From positions 1-55,746 of IMG/VR virus record IMGVR_UViG_3300033407_000020: a stretch of DNA of 55,746 nucleotides. One strand, given 5' to 3'. Position 1 is the stretch's first letter. Each line of letters starts with the position of its first letter. A program made the translations under genes and the position numbers. Below the pieces are notes generated by a model, which worked only from the letters and a program-made list of their open reading frames with translations, was not told the origin of the DNA and did not search any database. The DNA is from a virus. Its lineage: Duplodnaviria; Caudoviricetes. This document shows, piece after piece, positions 27,063 to 36,414 of the stretch.

Positions 27063-27299
27063 CTAGGGGACGAGCCCGCGGCGTGGCAGGCGGGCCTGCG
27101 CTCCGGGCAGCGGCGATGCCCCGATGCGTGCGCTCATCAGATGCGCCCTCGCTGCCGCGGTCTGGATGCCGGGTTCCAGGCTCAGGGCCCGGCGCAGCCA
27201 GGCGTTCGCTTCGGCGGCGACGGAGCGCCCGGACTCCTTGGCGCGCAGCTGGAGCTCGGCCATGACCTCGCTGTCGAGCCGCACCTGCCCTGGCGCCAT
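27063..27299 (-). CDS. Arc-like ribbon-helix-helix protein
   Basis: VRLDSEVMAELQLRAKESGRSVAAEANAWLRRAL. Confidence 0.7.
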   Translation of the reverse strand: MAPGQVRLDSEVMAELQLRAKESGRSVAAEANAWLRRALSLEPGIQTAAARAHLMSARIGASPLPGAQARLPRRGLVP

Positions 27300-27306
27300 C
27301 CGGGGG

Positions 27307-27492
27307 TTACCTCGTCTGGTCGATGAGCTTGGCGCCCACACCAGCGGCGAGGCGTTGCGCCTGCTTGCGGCAGGCCCGCTCGTTCTTGTAGCCCTCGCCG
27401 CTGTCCCCGAGGATACGCCCGTTGGCGCTGCTCCACGTCCAGCGTGCCTGCCCTGCGTCGTCACGCCAGACGGTCACAGTGTCTCGCCTCAT
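27307..27492 (-). CDS. YegP/DUF1508-like protein
   Basis: D.AG..RW....NGRIL.DSGEGYKN...C. Confidence 0.75.
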   Translation of the reverse strand: MRRDTVTVWRDDAGQARWTWSSANGRILGDSGEGYKNERACRKQAQRLAAGVGAKLIDQTR

Positions 27493-27680
27493 GCTGCCCC
27501 TCTCGTTGGGCGTCGCTCGCACTCGGGCCCGCAGAAGCCGATAGGTGGCCTGCCGAGGGCGTCGAGCCTGGCCTGGCAGCAGGCTGCCTGCTCCTTGCGG
27601 GGCGGCAGGTCTGCCGGGATGGTGCGGCGCTGCCGGTGCTTGCCTCTGCCTGTCGTACGAGCTCGCAGGGTGCGTGTCAT
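27489..27680 (-). CDS. Hypothetical basic protein
   Basis: 4-bp overlaps at both ends. Confidence 0.5.
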   Translation of the reverse strand: MTRTLRARTTGRGKHRQRRTIPADLPPRKEQAACCQARLDALGRPPIGFCGPECERRPTRGAA

Positions 27681-28300
27681 GTCGCGGTGACCTCTATGGC
27701 TTGGGGATGGGACGCTGACTCGACCTCGGCCTGAGCGTCCTGGCGTCCCACGAGGTAGGCGCGCAGGGCGTCAGCGAGCCCTCGGGCAGCATCGTCGGGC
27801 GCTACCAGGGGCGAGCCGTCCGCCCCGGTGACCTCGTAGCGCTTAACGTAGCCGCGCCGGCGCTCCAGTAGCCATGCGTTGGCGGTCCAGAGCGGTTCGG
27901 CTTCCTTCGTGACGGTGACCTTCTCGACCAGCTTGCCCTCGGCGTCGTGCCTCTCGGTGACTGTCGTCGTGGTGTAGCCACCGCGGGCTGCCCTCTGGAT
28001 GCCTGCCAGCCAACCGAACTCGGCGTTGCTCTCGGCGCTTTCGAGACTGTCCGTAAATTCGGCCATCGCTAGATCTGTCGGGCTGACCTCGTGGCCTTGT
28101 GCGATGAGTGCGCGGGCGCGTGCCCCGTTGAGTCGCCATTCGTAGAACGTGGACCGGGCGACGCCTGCGCTGGCGGCGGCTGACCCGAAGTCCATGCCGA
28201 TCTGCACGCGGTCGATGATCTGCTGGGCGGCCGTGACGGGCGAGCCGTCCGCCCGGTAGCGGACTACCTGGTCGATCTTGCTGGGCCGTCCTGCGGGCAT
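27677..28300 (-). CDS. Terminase small subunit (HTH)
   Basis: GRPSKI, AAASAGVARSTFYEW and W.A.AWLLERR. TAACCT 7 nt before ATG 28300. Confidence 0.75.
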   Translation of the reverse strand: MPAGRPSKIDQVVRYRADGSPVTAAQQIIDRVQIGMDFGSAAASAGVARSTFYEWRLNGARARALIAQGHEVSPTDLAMAEFTDSLESAESNAEFGWLAGIQRAARGGYTTTTVTERHDAEGKLVEKVTVTKEAEPLWTANAWLLERRRGYVKRYEVTGADGSPLVAPDDAARGLADALRAYLVGRQDAQAEVESASHPQAIEVTAT

Positions 28301-28310
28301 GGGTGGGAGG

Positions 28311-28772
28311 TTAGCGCGCTTCGTGGCGGGAGGGTTGGCTCGACGCTGGGGTGGCGGCACCGTGGCGCACCTGGGCCTGGTGGGAGGTCAGGCCGCGCAC
28401 CGTCCAGAACGAGCGTGCGCAGACCTCGCAACGGTAGGGGCGGGTCGGGGTGGCTGCTTGTTCGGCTTCGTCCCACCAGGCGGCCATCTGCTCATCCATG
28501 TCGGCGTGGAGGCGGCGGCGGCGGGCCTCTCCCTCGCTCATGATGCGCCGGGTACAGGGCTTGCAGACCTGGCGGGGTGTGCCGGGCTGGCGGGGGTCGT
28601 GCTCCCATTCGGTGCCGCAGACCGGGCAGGCTTGCCAGTCGGGTGCGTGGTACTGCTCACGGAACTCGATGAGCCACTGGATGAACGGTCGGACGGCCAG
28701 GTAGCCGCCCTGGCGGTAGAGACTGCTGAGCGCGGCGATGAGCTCCGAGCGCGACGGCTGGCGCTGATCCAC
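28311..28772 (-). CDS. Zn-finger protein
   Basis: CPVC, CKPC and C2H2-like YRCEVCARSF...LTSHQAQVRH. Confidence 0.6.
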   Translation of the reverse strand: MDQRQPSRSELIAALSSLYRQGGYLAVRPFIQWLIEFREQYHAPDWQACPVCGTEWEHDPRQPGTPRQVCKPCTRRIMSEGEARRRRLHADMDEQMAAWWDEAEQAATPTRPYRCEVCARSFWTVRGLTSHQAQVRHGAATPASSQPSRHEAR

Positions 28773-29051
28773 CCGGCTCAGTGTGGTCGGCGGGGCTCCG
28801 TACGCGCGGCACCCCTCGGCCGCTTCCAACCGAGGGGTGCGTTGCCGTTGAGCGGCGGGGCTTGCAATGCAGACGGCGAGATCCGCCGCTCGCGGTCTAG
28901 TGGGTGGCTGCCTCCATGCGGCGCCGGGCGTCGGGCTGGTTGGTCGCTGAGATGACGAGGCTGGCGGTGTCGGCACGGAGCACCTGCTCGACCCAGCGGT
29001 CGCTGTAGTGGCGGGTGCCGTACCGGGGAACCGTGCGCTGACAAACCAGGG

Positions 29052-29750
29052 TCATTCGTCGGACTCCAACGGGAGCACGACCATCCACCCACAACCAGAG
29101 TGACCGTTGTGTCCGGTCTGTCTCCGGCATTCCTCGGACCGATCGCCATTGCGGCAGACCCAGGCCACATGAGCGGGGTCACCCTTAGCGGCCATCGCAG
29201 GGTCACGGTCACCGCACAAAGGGCAGGTCGATTCGGTCCCCTCGGCGACGTACTGGTCCTCATAGGTACGGCGGGACTGGTCCGTCTTGGTGAGGTGCAC
29301 GGGCCGCGCCCACGTCAGATGGCCGCTTCCATCGCAAACCGGGCACCTCGCAATCTCACGAAGGAACGTCCTGATGACCAACTGAGCGTCCTCGACCCTT
29401 AGCTCCTCAACCTGAATCGTCGCGAGCCGTTCGGCGACCTCACGCTTCATCGCACACTCCTCTGCGTCGGGCGGATATGACTTCGGATGCCCCAACCACT
29501 CTCGCTTGCGCTTCGGCTTTGTCCCAGGCGGGTTCACCGTGCCACGGAAGGGCCGTAGATGAAGAAGGGGTGCCAACATTCCGTAGAAGCCGACAAGTGC
29601 CCCGACCACGAATAGAGCAAAGGCTGGCTGCGGGATGTCGTTGCCCGTCTCCTGGCCGGATTGCCACGCCATTGTGGCAAGGGCCAAAAAGGCCACCATC
29701 ACCACGCCCCCGACCGCTGACCATGCGCCTCGGTCCTCGTCCAAATGCAC
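29052..29750 (-). CDS. Passenger membrane protein with Zn-ribbon C-terminus
   Basis: Two hydrophobic segments, CPVCDGSG and CPLC. TAGGGT 7 nt before the GTG. Confidence 0.7.
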   Translation of the reverse strand: MHLDEDRGAWSAVGGVVMVAFLALATMAWQSGQETGNDIPQPAFALFVVGALVGFYGMLAPLLHLRPFRGTVNPPGTKPKRKREWLGHPKSYPPDAEECAMKREVAERLATIQVEELRVEDAQLVIRTFLREIARCPVCDGSGHLTWARPVHLTKTDQSRRTYEDQYVAEGTESTCPLCGDRDPAMAAKGDPAHVAWVCRNGDRSEECRRQTGHNGHSGCGWMVVLPLESDE

Positions 29751-29760
29751 GCCGGGAACC

Positions 29761-29898
29761 CTAGATGTCGTCGTCCTCCGGGGCGTCTGGCGTCGGGTCC
29801 GGGTCGTCCTCGTCCACGCCCAGCAGCTTCCGCAGCGCTTCCTCGCCCGTGAGCGGGTGGAGGCTGAACTTCTCGTTCAGATCCGGCTTGTCGGGCAT
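29761..29898 (-). CDS. Small acidic passenger protein
   Basis: MPDKPDLNEKFSLHPLTGEEALRKLLGVD. TACCCT 6 nt before the ATG. Confidence 0.6.
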   Translation of the reverse strand: MPDKPDLNEKFSLHPLTGEEALRKLLGVDEDDPDPTPDAPEDDDI

Positions 29899-30036
29899 GG
29901 TCTGAGGGTACCTCCGCGGGTCGATGTGGCCCCTGTTTGTCAGCGCGCGGTTCCCCGCCGTACCCGGTGCGGGACTCGGGCCGGTAGTGGATCGGCTCGT
30001 ACACATCACCCCACGCCCACTGGCGCGGCGGCGCGC

Positions 30037-30222
30037 TCATCGTCCGGCCCCTGCGTCACGGCGGGAGCGCTGCCGGAGCCGCTCACGGATGATGATGCGC
30101 TCGACGCCTGCGGGTGAGCGCCAGGCGCCGTTGCGCCAGATCCGCTCTCCCCGTTCCGTGGCTGGTCGCGCTCCTCGTGGGAGGGGCGGGAGCGGCGTCG
30201 TTGGCTTTGCGTCCGCTCTCAT
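30037..30222 (-). CDS. Hypothetical protein
   Basis: ATGA overlaps at both ends. Confidence 0.45.
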   Translation of the reverse strand: MRADAKPTTPLPPLPRGARPATERGERIWRNGAWRSPAGVERIIIRERLRQRSRRDAGAGR

Positions 30223-30413
30223 CGGGCTCCGATCAGGCTCAGCACCCGGTCGATGAGCGCTATGGGTAGCAGCACCCAGCAGCCCCCGTAGATCACGCGA
30301 AGGATCTGACGCTCCCACTTCGCGGGGGTCCAGACAGCCGCCACGATTGCAGCGATGCCGAGCACGCCGGAGACGACGGCGACCATCAGCCAGAACACAT
30401 CGCTGGCGTTCAT
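30219..30413 (-). CDS. Small 2-TM membrane protein
   Basis: Two hydrophobic helices. Coupled overlaps. Confidence 0.6.
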   Translation of the reverse strand: MNASDVFWLMVAVVSGVLGIAAIVAAVWTPAKWERQILRVIYGGCWVLLPIALIDRVLSLIGAR

Positions 30414-30619
30414 GACTCGACCGTTCGCACGCCGAGCTGCTCAACCGACATCTCGACGGTCACCAGCAGGGCATCGCCGTCGTCGTTGCCCACGGCTTCG
30501 ACCACGGTCCCGATCCTGCGGCCGTCCATCATGAAAGGACAATCATCAGGTAGCGACGCGACGACGCCAGGGGCGAAGCACATACCTGGGTGTGCAGGGA
30601 CCGTGAACGTAGCTCTCAT
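30410..30619 (-). CDS. Hypothetical protein
   Basis: Coupled overlaps. Confidence 0.5.
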   Translation of the reverse strand: MRATFTVPAHPGMCFAPGVVASLPDDCPFMMDGRRIGTVVEAVGNDDGDALLVTVEMSVEQLGVRTVES

Positions 30620-30969
30620 AACGTGGCCTCGTTGAGTAGGTCGCGCAGCGTGTCGTAGGCCAGGTCGCCCTCCGCGGGCACGTTCATCGTGCCAGCGCGG
30701 GCGGTGACCTGCGCCCAGGCGTCGAGCAGGGCGCGCAGACTGGCGGCGGGGACGATGACGATGGCGAACTCGCTTGCCTCGGGTTCGTCGTCCTCAGCGG
30801 GCAGGAAGTCGTCGGCATCCACGAGGTCGCGGCTCACACCGTGACCGCCGCACTCGCAGACCCAGCGGTCCTCGTAACGGCTGCCCTCGGGCCCCCAGTT
30901 GAGGTCGCTGGAGTCGGCGCCGCACTCGGGGCACACCTTGGGGCGGATCGGGAACGGGATGGTGGTCAT
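30616..30969 (-). CDS. Hypothetical Zn-ribbon protein
   Basis: CPECG...CECG. CCAAGGAG RBS and CTAA-GCTAAGGT promoter motif upstream. Confidence 0.65.
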   Translation of the reverse strand: MTTIPFPIRPKVCPECGADSSDLNWGPEGSRYEDRWVCECGGHGVSRDLVDADDFLPAEDDEPEASEFAIVIVPAASLRALLDAWAQVTARAGTMNVPAEGDLAYDTLRDLLNEATL

Positions 30970-31146
30970 GGCGGGGGTGCTCCTTGGGGTCGCACTGGTT
31001 GATGGCGCTACCTTAGCGCGGTTTAGGGTCGGGTGTCTAGCGCCTGACCGCTCGGGCTCGGGCATAGCGCCCAGCCACCGCCCACGCTGCACGCCGAGGG
31101 TGGCCCATGTTGCACCGTAGGTAGCGGTAGTACCGCCAGCGCCTCC

Positions 31147-31320
31147 TCATGGCGCGCATCTTGGGGCGGTCGTGTCGGTCGAGCGGTCCCACACGCAGCC
31201 CAGCACACGGGCCGGGTTGTCAGCGCCAGCCTGTATCCACAGCAGCGCCCCGAGCGCCAGTAGGACGGCGACGGCGGCGAGCCCGGCACGGGTCTGCCAC
31301 TGGATCACGGTTGCGGTCAT
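31147..31320 (-). CDS. Small membrane protein
   Basis: Single TM helix. ATGA overlap. Confidence 0.5.
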   Translation of the reverse strand: MTATVIQWQTRAGLAAVAVLLALGALLWIQAGADNPARVLGCVWDRSTDTTAPRCAP

Positions 31321-31493
31321 CGGGCGCGTACCGTGCGGGTGCAGCCGTCGCGCTTCTGGACGAGCACGACACCGATGCCACGAGGCATCCTGATCCGCTG
31401 GAACGTGACCCACCCGTCCGTCGTGACCGGGTAGTCGCGGCGATGCTGGCGCTCGACCAGGCTCTCCGGCTCGTCGTCAGTGGCGTCAGCCAT
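31317..31493 (-). CDS. Hypothetical protein
   Basis: Overlapping start and stop. Confidence 0.45.
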   Translation of the reverse strand: MADATDDEPESLVERQHRRDYPVTTDGWVTFQRIRMPRGIGVVLVQKRDGCTRTVRAR

Positions 31494-31926
31494 CGGAGCC
31501 TGCTGGGAGGGCGAGCTGCTCCTGCAGATACAGGTCATAGACGGTCGTGCCGTTGGGTCCTGCCGCCATGTAGGGCAGCATCACTTGATCGAAGGACACC
31601 ATCTGCGTTTCCACGATGGCGAGCTGCGCCTCCAGCCAGTCCTTGATGATCCGCCAGGCGACGCGCTCTGCCTGCTCGGGCGACCGAAGCCGGTTCGGCA
31701 CGTCTGAGTCGGCGCGCATGACCTGCGCCACCGCTGCCACGTCGGCGGGCAGGTGATAGCGGCGCTCACCGTGCGGGGTTTCAATGGCGAACGCGATGCC
31801 TACCGCAGCGCCGCCTGGCCCGTACTCCGTCATCACCTGGCGCGCGCCCGCTCGGGCGAGCTTCTGCTGGACCTGCATGATCGTGCGGTCAGAAGCCACG
31901 GAGGTTGTGTAGTTGAGGAGCGGCAT
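31486..31926 (-). CDS. Conserved hypothetical phage protein
   Basis: NYTT.V, QAERVAWRIIKDW.EAQ.A and MLPY, a widespread phage family pattern. Confidence 0.8.
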   Translation of the reverse strand: MPLLNYTTSVASDRTIMQVQQKLARAGARQVMTEYGPGGAAVGIAFAIETPHGERRYHLPADVAAVAQVMRADSDVPNRLRSPEQAERVAWRIIKDWLEAQLAIVETQMVSFDQVMLPYMAAGPNGTTVYDLYLQEQLALPAGSDG

Positions 31927-32138
31927 TACCAGGGCGCCTCCTGCTCGATGACGGCCAGGGTCGCTATCTCGATGTTGACGTGCCGCCCCGACACTTCGAC
32001 TCGGGCAGTCGAGCGCGGCGGGCGAGGACGGCCGCTCCGGGTCGTCGGGAACGGGACGTAGAGCAGACGGCCCACGCGCCCGTCCTCCAGGCGCACTAGG
32101 CGCCGGTCCTTCGCATCGGCTGGGGTCGGTGTGGTCAT
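31926..32138 (-). CDS. Hypothetical protein
   Basis: CCAAGGAGG RBS. Confidence 0.6.
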   Translation of the reverse strand: MTTPTPADAKDRRLVRLEDGRVGRLLYVPFPTTRSGRPRPPRSTARVEVSGRHVNIEIATLAVIEQEAPW

Positions 32139-32172
32139 GGTTGCCTCCTTGGGGTCGGCGGGGGTGGCTGGG

Positions 32173-32478
32173 CTAGGTCGTGCCGTTGGCCTTGCAGCGC
32201 GGGCACTTCGCGACAGGCTCCGAATGCTCACCCGCCCCATGCGCGTCGATGAATGCCTGCTTCCGCAGCACCTGCACAATCGCCTCCTCGCTCACGCCCG
32301 CGGTCTTGGCGAGCTCGCGCTGCGTGACCGGTGGGACCAGGGCACGGCCCTCCTGCAGCAGCGCGGTGCGTTGCGCGTACAGGCCCGCCTCGTCCTGCTG
32401 TGTGGCTGTCAGCGCGGCGGCTACTTGCGCGAGGTCGGCCAGCACGTCGGCTCGCTCGCGGGTCGTCGTGTCACTCAT
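32173..32478 (-). CDS. HTH DNA-binding protein
   Basis: VTQRELAKTAGVSEEAIVQVLRK. Confidence 0.65.
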   Translation of the reverse strand: MSDTTTRERADVLADLAQVAAALTATQQDEAGLYAQRTALLQEGRALVPPVTQRELAKTAGVSEEAIVQVLRKQAFIDAHGAGEHSEPVAKCPRCKANGTT

Positions 32479-32539
32479 GCCAGCGGTTCTCCTGTCGACG
32501 GGTTTGGCAGGACTGTAGCAGCCTAGTGGTTAGCGGGGT

Positions 32540-33541
32540 TTAGGGCCAGGCTGCCGGTGGTTCATCGAACAGGCTGACGAGTAACGGCCCGCTGCTCTCT
32601 TCCTCGATCTCTGCTTCCTCCATGACCTCGGCCGGGGTGAGGAGATCGATGTCGACGTACGCACCGACGCCAGCCACGTCGCCGTTGGCCCCGTTGCGGC
32701 GCAGAAGGACCAGTTGGATGAGCGACTCCCAGCCCTCAGCATGGTCAAGGAATGGTCGACTACCTAGGAACGTGACGAGCCGGTGGCAGCCGGGGCACAA
32801 CGCGATCAGGTAGTCGTTCTCGGGGTCGTTCTCCTTGCCGATCACGTGATGCGATGACAACCCCTTGACATCTACGCGGGCGCAGAGCTGGCACTGCCCC
32901 GCCGCTAGGCCAATGGTGTTGCGTCGCTTCCCCCCGAAGTAGGACTCATCGACGCGTCGGGCAGCACCACATTGGCGCGTGCAAGAGAGCTGTTTGCCGT
33001 TGGCGGGGATGAACGTGGCACCGCAGTAGTTGCACTCGCGTTCGGGAATGTCGCTGTGCGCCGCCCGGTACGCGACCCACCAGTCAGGGAAGTACCGCTG
33101 CAACGCTTGGACGAGGCTCTCGATGCTGAGCCCCTGCCTTCGGGCGAACACGGTAATGCGGTCCCCGCTGGCATCTAGCTGCCTGGTGTAGCGCTTGCAG
33201 CTGGCTTTGTCGTAGCCCGCCCCCCGCGGGATCTTGCGCTTGCGTTTGTTGCCAGTGCGCGAGCCGATGCCCAGTTCGTTGATCTTGCAAGCGACGGCGG
33301 CGTAGGTGCGGCCGAGGCGGTGTGCGGCCTCACCGATTGTCAGGTGGTCTGCCAGCGCCCGCAGCTCATCGATCTCGGCTTGGTCCCAATGGCGGTTGCT
33401 CATCGGGTAGCCGATGGCGCGCAGGCGTTCATGAACGGACTGCCCAGCGAGCCCGAGTTCCTTACCAGCACGCCAGACAGACCCTGTGCGCTGGTAGGCG
33501 GCGATGACCTGATCGGCGGTGTATCTGGACTGGCCTGCCAT
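32540..33541 (-). CDS. Multi-HTH protein with C-terminal HNH-like domain
   Basis: HTH repeats, CNYC...CTRQC and CQLC...HHV...N...LCPGCH. Confidence 0.65.
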   Translation of the reverse strand: MAGQSRYTADQVIAAYQRTGSVWRAGKELGLAGQSVHERLRAIGYPMSNRHWDQAEIDELRALADHLTIGEAAHRLGRTYAAVACKINELGIGSRTGNKRKRKIPRGAGYDKASCKRYTRQLDASGDRITVFARRQGLSIESLVQALQRYFPDWWVAYRAAHSDIPERECNYCGATFIPANGKQLSCTRQCGAARRVDESYFGGKRRNTIGLAAGQCQLCARVDVKGLSSHHVIGKENDPENDYLIALCPGCHRLVTFLGSRPFLDHAEGWESLIQLVLLRRNGANGDVAGVGAYVDIDLLTPAEVMEEAEIEEESSGPLLVSLFDEPPAAWP

Positions 33542-33831
33542 CAGCGCTCGATCAGTCCCAGCGCTTCGGCCTCACGGATCTCGGAATGGACCCACTGGTG
33601 TGCGTCCCAGCACAACCAGCGGAGGTTGGCAACCTCGTGCCCGCCTCCCCTGCTCCGTAATTTCACATGATGGGCGTGGTGGCCGCGGTGCGCTCCGGGT
33701 AGGCAGGCGGGCGTGTCGCCCTCGCACCAGTCGTGAGCCAGGCGGCGGCGCTCGGCGCGGGCCTGGTCGAGCTCGGCGTCACGGGCCTTGGCCTTGGCGG
33801 ACTGGCGGGCCATCGGGCGACCGCGCCTCAC
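33541..33831 (-). CDS. Small HNH endonuclease
   Basis: HHVKLRSRGGGHEVANLRWLCWDAHQWVH. Confidence 0.8.
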   Translation of the reverse strand: MRRGRPMARQSAKAKARDAELDQARAERRRLAHDWCEGDTPACLPGAHRGHHAHHVKLRSRGGGHEVANLRWLCWDAHQWVHSEIREAEALGLIER

Positions 33832-34334
33832 ACTGCCTGCTTGCGTTTGCGTGCCTGTGCCGACTTCAGCGCCATCGACAGGTAGAACGCCTTGCGAGCG
33901 TGCTCAGCGCGCCGTGCCCGCTCAGCGGGAGGCAGCGCGCCGTCTGGGTCCACCTCACGCTCGAACTTCGCTATGAACGCCCGCCGCGCTGGAGCGGTGC
34001 GGGCGGTCGGGTCAATCGTGTTAGCCCAACTCCGATGAGCCGCGATCTGGGCCAAGAGATGACGCTGGCTGCGTTCTTCTACGAGGTCTTGAAGCTCGGC
34101 CCTAGGGTCATCGGCTTCAGCCACGTCCTCGATGTCTGCCTCGTCCAGCGACCTGGCTGCCTCCAGGTCGGCTGCGGTGGTGCGGGCTTGGAAGGCGGCG
34201 ACTTTCGCATCCCATTCGGCGTTGTAAGGCAGCCGCTTCAGGTAGGCCGCGGCGTAAGTTTCGGTTACTCCCAGCGCCCTGGCATACGCCTCGATCGCCG
34301 TCCTCGGCACCGCTCGCTCAGCGGGGCCTCTCAC
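33828..34334 (-). CDS. Conserved actinobacterial mobile-element protein
   Basis: AAH.SWANT.D..ARTAPAR...FEREVDPDG.L...ER.RRAE.ARKA. Confidence 0.7.
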   Translation of the reverse strand: MRGPAERAVPRTAIEAYARALGVTETYAAAYLKRLPYNAEWDAKVAAFQARTTAADLEAARSLDEADIEDVAEADDPRAELQDLVEERSQRHLLAQIAAHRSWANTIDPTARTAPARRAFIAKFEREVDPDGALPPAERARRAEHARKAFYLSMALKSAQARKRKQAV

Positions 34335-34699
34335 CGTTCACCGCCGATCGCCATGGCGCCGCTCGACCGGGCCCGCATCTCGCCTTCGGCTAGGGCATCC
34401 AGGGATGCTCGCAGCTCGCGGTTGTGGCGCTCTAGCTCTGCGATCCGACCGGATGAGGTTTGCTCGCTGTCGGGCGGCTCTCCTGCTTTCGTGCGAGCGA
34501 TGTTGACAAGAGCAACGGCCATGATGGCTTCGTACTCTGCTCGGGCCGCGGCCTCGACCTTGCGGTAGGCGGACGTTCGCACGCCGACCCCTTCGTGCTG
34601 TCGTGCGACGTACGACTTGATGAGGTCCGGCGTTCGGTCTGAGCGCAGCGCCCTGATCTCGTCGTCTGTTAGTGCTTCCGGGTTCTTGGTCTGTCTCAT
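34331..34699 (-). CDS. Hypothetical protein
   Basis: ACCCAAGGAG RBS. Confidence 0.6.
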   Translation of the reverse strand: MRQTKNPEALTDDEIRALRSDRTPDLIKSYVARQHEGVGVRTSAYRKVEAAARAEYEAIMAVALVNIARTKAGEPPDSEQTSSGRIAELERHNRELRASLDALAEGEMRARSSGAMAIGGER

Positions 34700-34721
34700 C
34701 TGGGTTCTCCTTGGGTTGAGT

Positions 34722-34922
34722 TCACCATGCCCTCCTAACTGCGTACCGCAACTCCAGCCAGAGGCGCCTACACCGTGACGGCACTCGCTTGCGGTAACTC
34801 GCTCGGACGCGTTCTTGGTCCAGCCACCACGCCGCCGCGGTCCACTGGGGCTCGGTCCCATCTCCCCGGCAGTACGCCCGCAGGGCATCAGCCAGACCCT
34901 GTTCCGGATCGTCGCGCCTCAC
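34722..34922 (-). CDS. Hypothetical protein
   Basis: GTGA overlap. Confidence 0.45.
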   Translation of the reverse strand: MRRDDPEQGLADALRAYCRGDGTEPQWTAAAWWLDQERVRASYRKRVPSRCRRLWLELRYAVRRAW

Positions 34923-35182
34923 TGGTCGTCCTCTGCGACGGGTAGCAACCCCGGCATCACACGACGCAGCGCGTTCTCCTGAATGGCGCGGAACCGGTGG
35001 GCGAACCGATCAGCGATGAGCGCCCCTTGCGGCCCAGCCTCACGAAGCTCCGCGTCGAGGACAGCGGCCTTGTACGCGAACGATCCTCGGATGTCTGCCT
35101 GCACCTTCGGATCGTTGCGACGCTCGGGCGAGCAGTAGTCGGCCAGAAGCCGGTCCAGGATGGGGTCGGTCGTGTCGGTCAC
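34919..35182 (-). CDS. Hypothetical protein
   Basis: SD GGAGG before GTG 35182. Confidence 0.55.
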   Translation of the reverse strand: MTDTTDPILDRLLADYCSPERRNDPKVQADIRGSFAYKAAVLDAELREAGPQGALIADRFAHRFRAIQENALRRVMPGLLPVAEDDQ

Positions 35183-35438
35183 TGGTCGTCCTCCGTGGGG
35201 GCGGGTGGCATCGGGACGAGCGGGACGGCTGCCTGACGCAAAGCAGCGCACGCCGCAGGATCGGGTGCGCGCTCGTCGCTCACAGCAGCTCGCCCTGCGT
35301 CGGGACCGGGCGGCGCACCCCTACGGTCGGGCGGCACTCACCGTGACCAGCGAGCTCGACCAGCAGGCACACGAGCCGCACGTACGCGGTCGCTACAGCA
35401 GGCGTCGAGGACTCCACGATCACATGCACCCGGTGCCC

Positions 35439-35711
35439 TCAGTCACGGCGCGCTCCTGTGTCTCCGAAGTCGTCGGGAGTGCCGGGGGCGTACGGGGCCT
35501 CCGCGTACGTTGCATCGTGGCTGTACGAGGCGCTGTCGCGAACCCACATGCGCCCGTGCCCAAGCCCTCCGACACCGCCCAGCAGCACCATGCCGTCGCC
35601 GCGCGCGATGACCCATGTGCGCGTGCTGCGACGGAGGCCCGGACCCTGCTCCATGAACTCAGCGAAGTTGGCCCGCTCACGCGTGATGATCTCTTCATCC
35701 CTAGTCGCCAT
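35439..35711 (-). CDS. Hypothetical protein
   Basis: GAGGAGG SD and promoter motif at 35735-35752. Confidence 0.6.
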   Translation of the reverse strand: MATRDEEIITRERANFAEFMEQGPGLRRSTRTWVIARGDGMVLLGGVGGLGHGRMWVRDSASYSHDATYAEAPYAPGTPDDFGDTGARRD

Positions 35712-36414
35712 CGAGGTCCCTCCTCGTCGCCCCGACCTTAGCACGCTTAGGGGTGCAGCCGGGGCGGCAGCGATGGCCTGCCCGGAAGTGCCCGCCCTCC
35801 CAGCGCTCCCGCAGCTCCACCCGGCACCGCGCGCACGGCGCCACCCGGCCGTCCCCATCGATCACCCAGCCCCGCCCACCCACACACGAGCAGTCGAACA
35901 GCTGCTCCGCGCCAGGCCAGCGCGACGGCCTGTGCGCGTCGAACACTGCCTCGACCTGCGCCGCTAAGGTCCCCTGCTCGTCCTCGGGGCGTTGATCGCC
36001 GTTCGCGCCGCGCACACCCCCACACGCCGGGCACGGACCCGGGCCACGATGGTTGTGCGCCACCGCGGCCTGCACCCTCAGCGCGTCACGCATCGCCGCG
36101 AAGAACGCACCGCGCACCTCGCTCGCCGCGCTGCGCTCCTCGACGGACTCCTCTATCGACTGCTGCAGTGGCACCGCCTCCGCACCAGCAGCCCACTCGC
36201 CCTGCTCGATCACCCGGCACTCGTTGCGGAGCTCCGCGATCGTCGGCGCCCACTTCTCGCGATCCACCCAGGCGTGCACCGCCTCCCGCACAGTCTCGAC
36301 GGGTGTCTCGTTGAAGTGCTGCAGCCAGAGCATCGGCGTGTCGTCGGCTAGCACGAGGTTCGGGTACGCCAGCGACAGGTAGTCGAGCAGGCGCGTGATG
36401 TCGTGCGGGGTCAT
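35701..36414 (-). CDS. Helicase loader/inhibitor-like replication protein
   Basis: L..AYP...W...V.EAV.......W.PTIAELR pattern. Coupled to the initiator. Confidence 0.6.
   Translation of the reverse strand: MTPHDITRLLDYLSLAYPNLVLADDTPMLWLQHFNETPVETVREAVHAWVDREKWAPTIAELRNECRVIEQGEWAAGAEAVPLQQSIEESVEERSAASEVRGAFFAAMRDALRVQAAVAHNHRGPGPCPACGGVRGANGDQRPEDEQGTLAAQVEAVFDAHRPSRWPGAEQLFDCSCVGGRGWVIDGDGRVAPCARCRVELRERWEGGHFRAGHRCRPGCTPKRAKVGATRRDLDGD

Larger units (their letters stand above)
29025..29956. mobile_element. Non-autonomous transposon / mobile insertion cassette (IS1595-like ends), 932 bp
   Basis: 22-bp terminal inverted repeats GGGGAACCG(T/C)GCGCTGACAAAC (21/22 match). 8-bp direct repeat GCCGTACC at 29017-29024 and 29957-29964. 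No transposase inside. Confidence 0.88.
28897..30040 (-). pseudogene. Small gene (about 67 aa) split by the 29025-29956 insertion
   Basis: Removing the element and one GCCGTACC copy fuses MSAPPRQW...SRTGYG in frame to TRHYSDRW...AATH. Confidence 0.75.
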
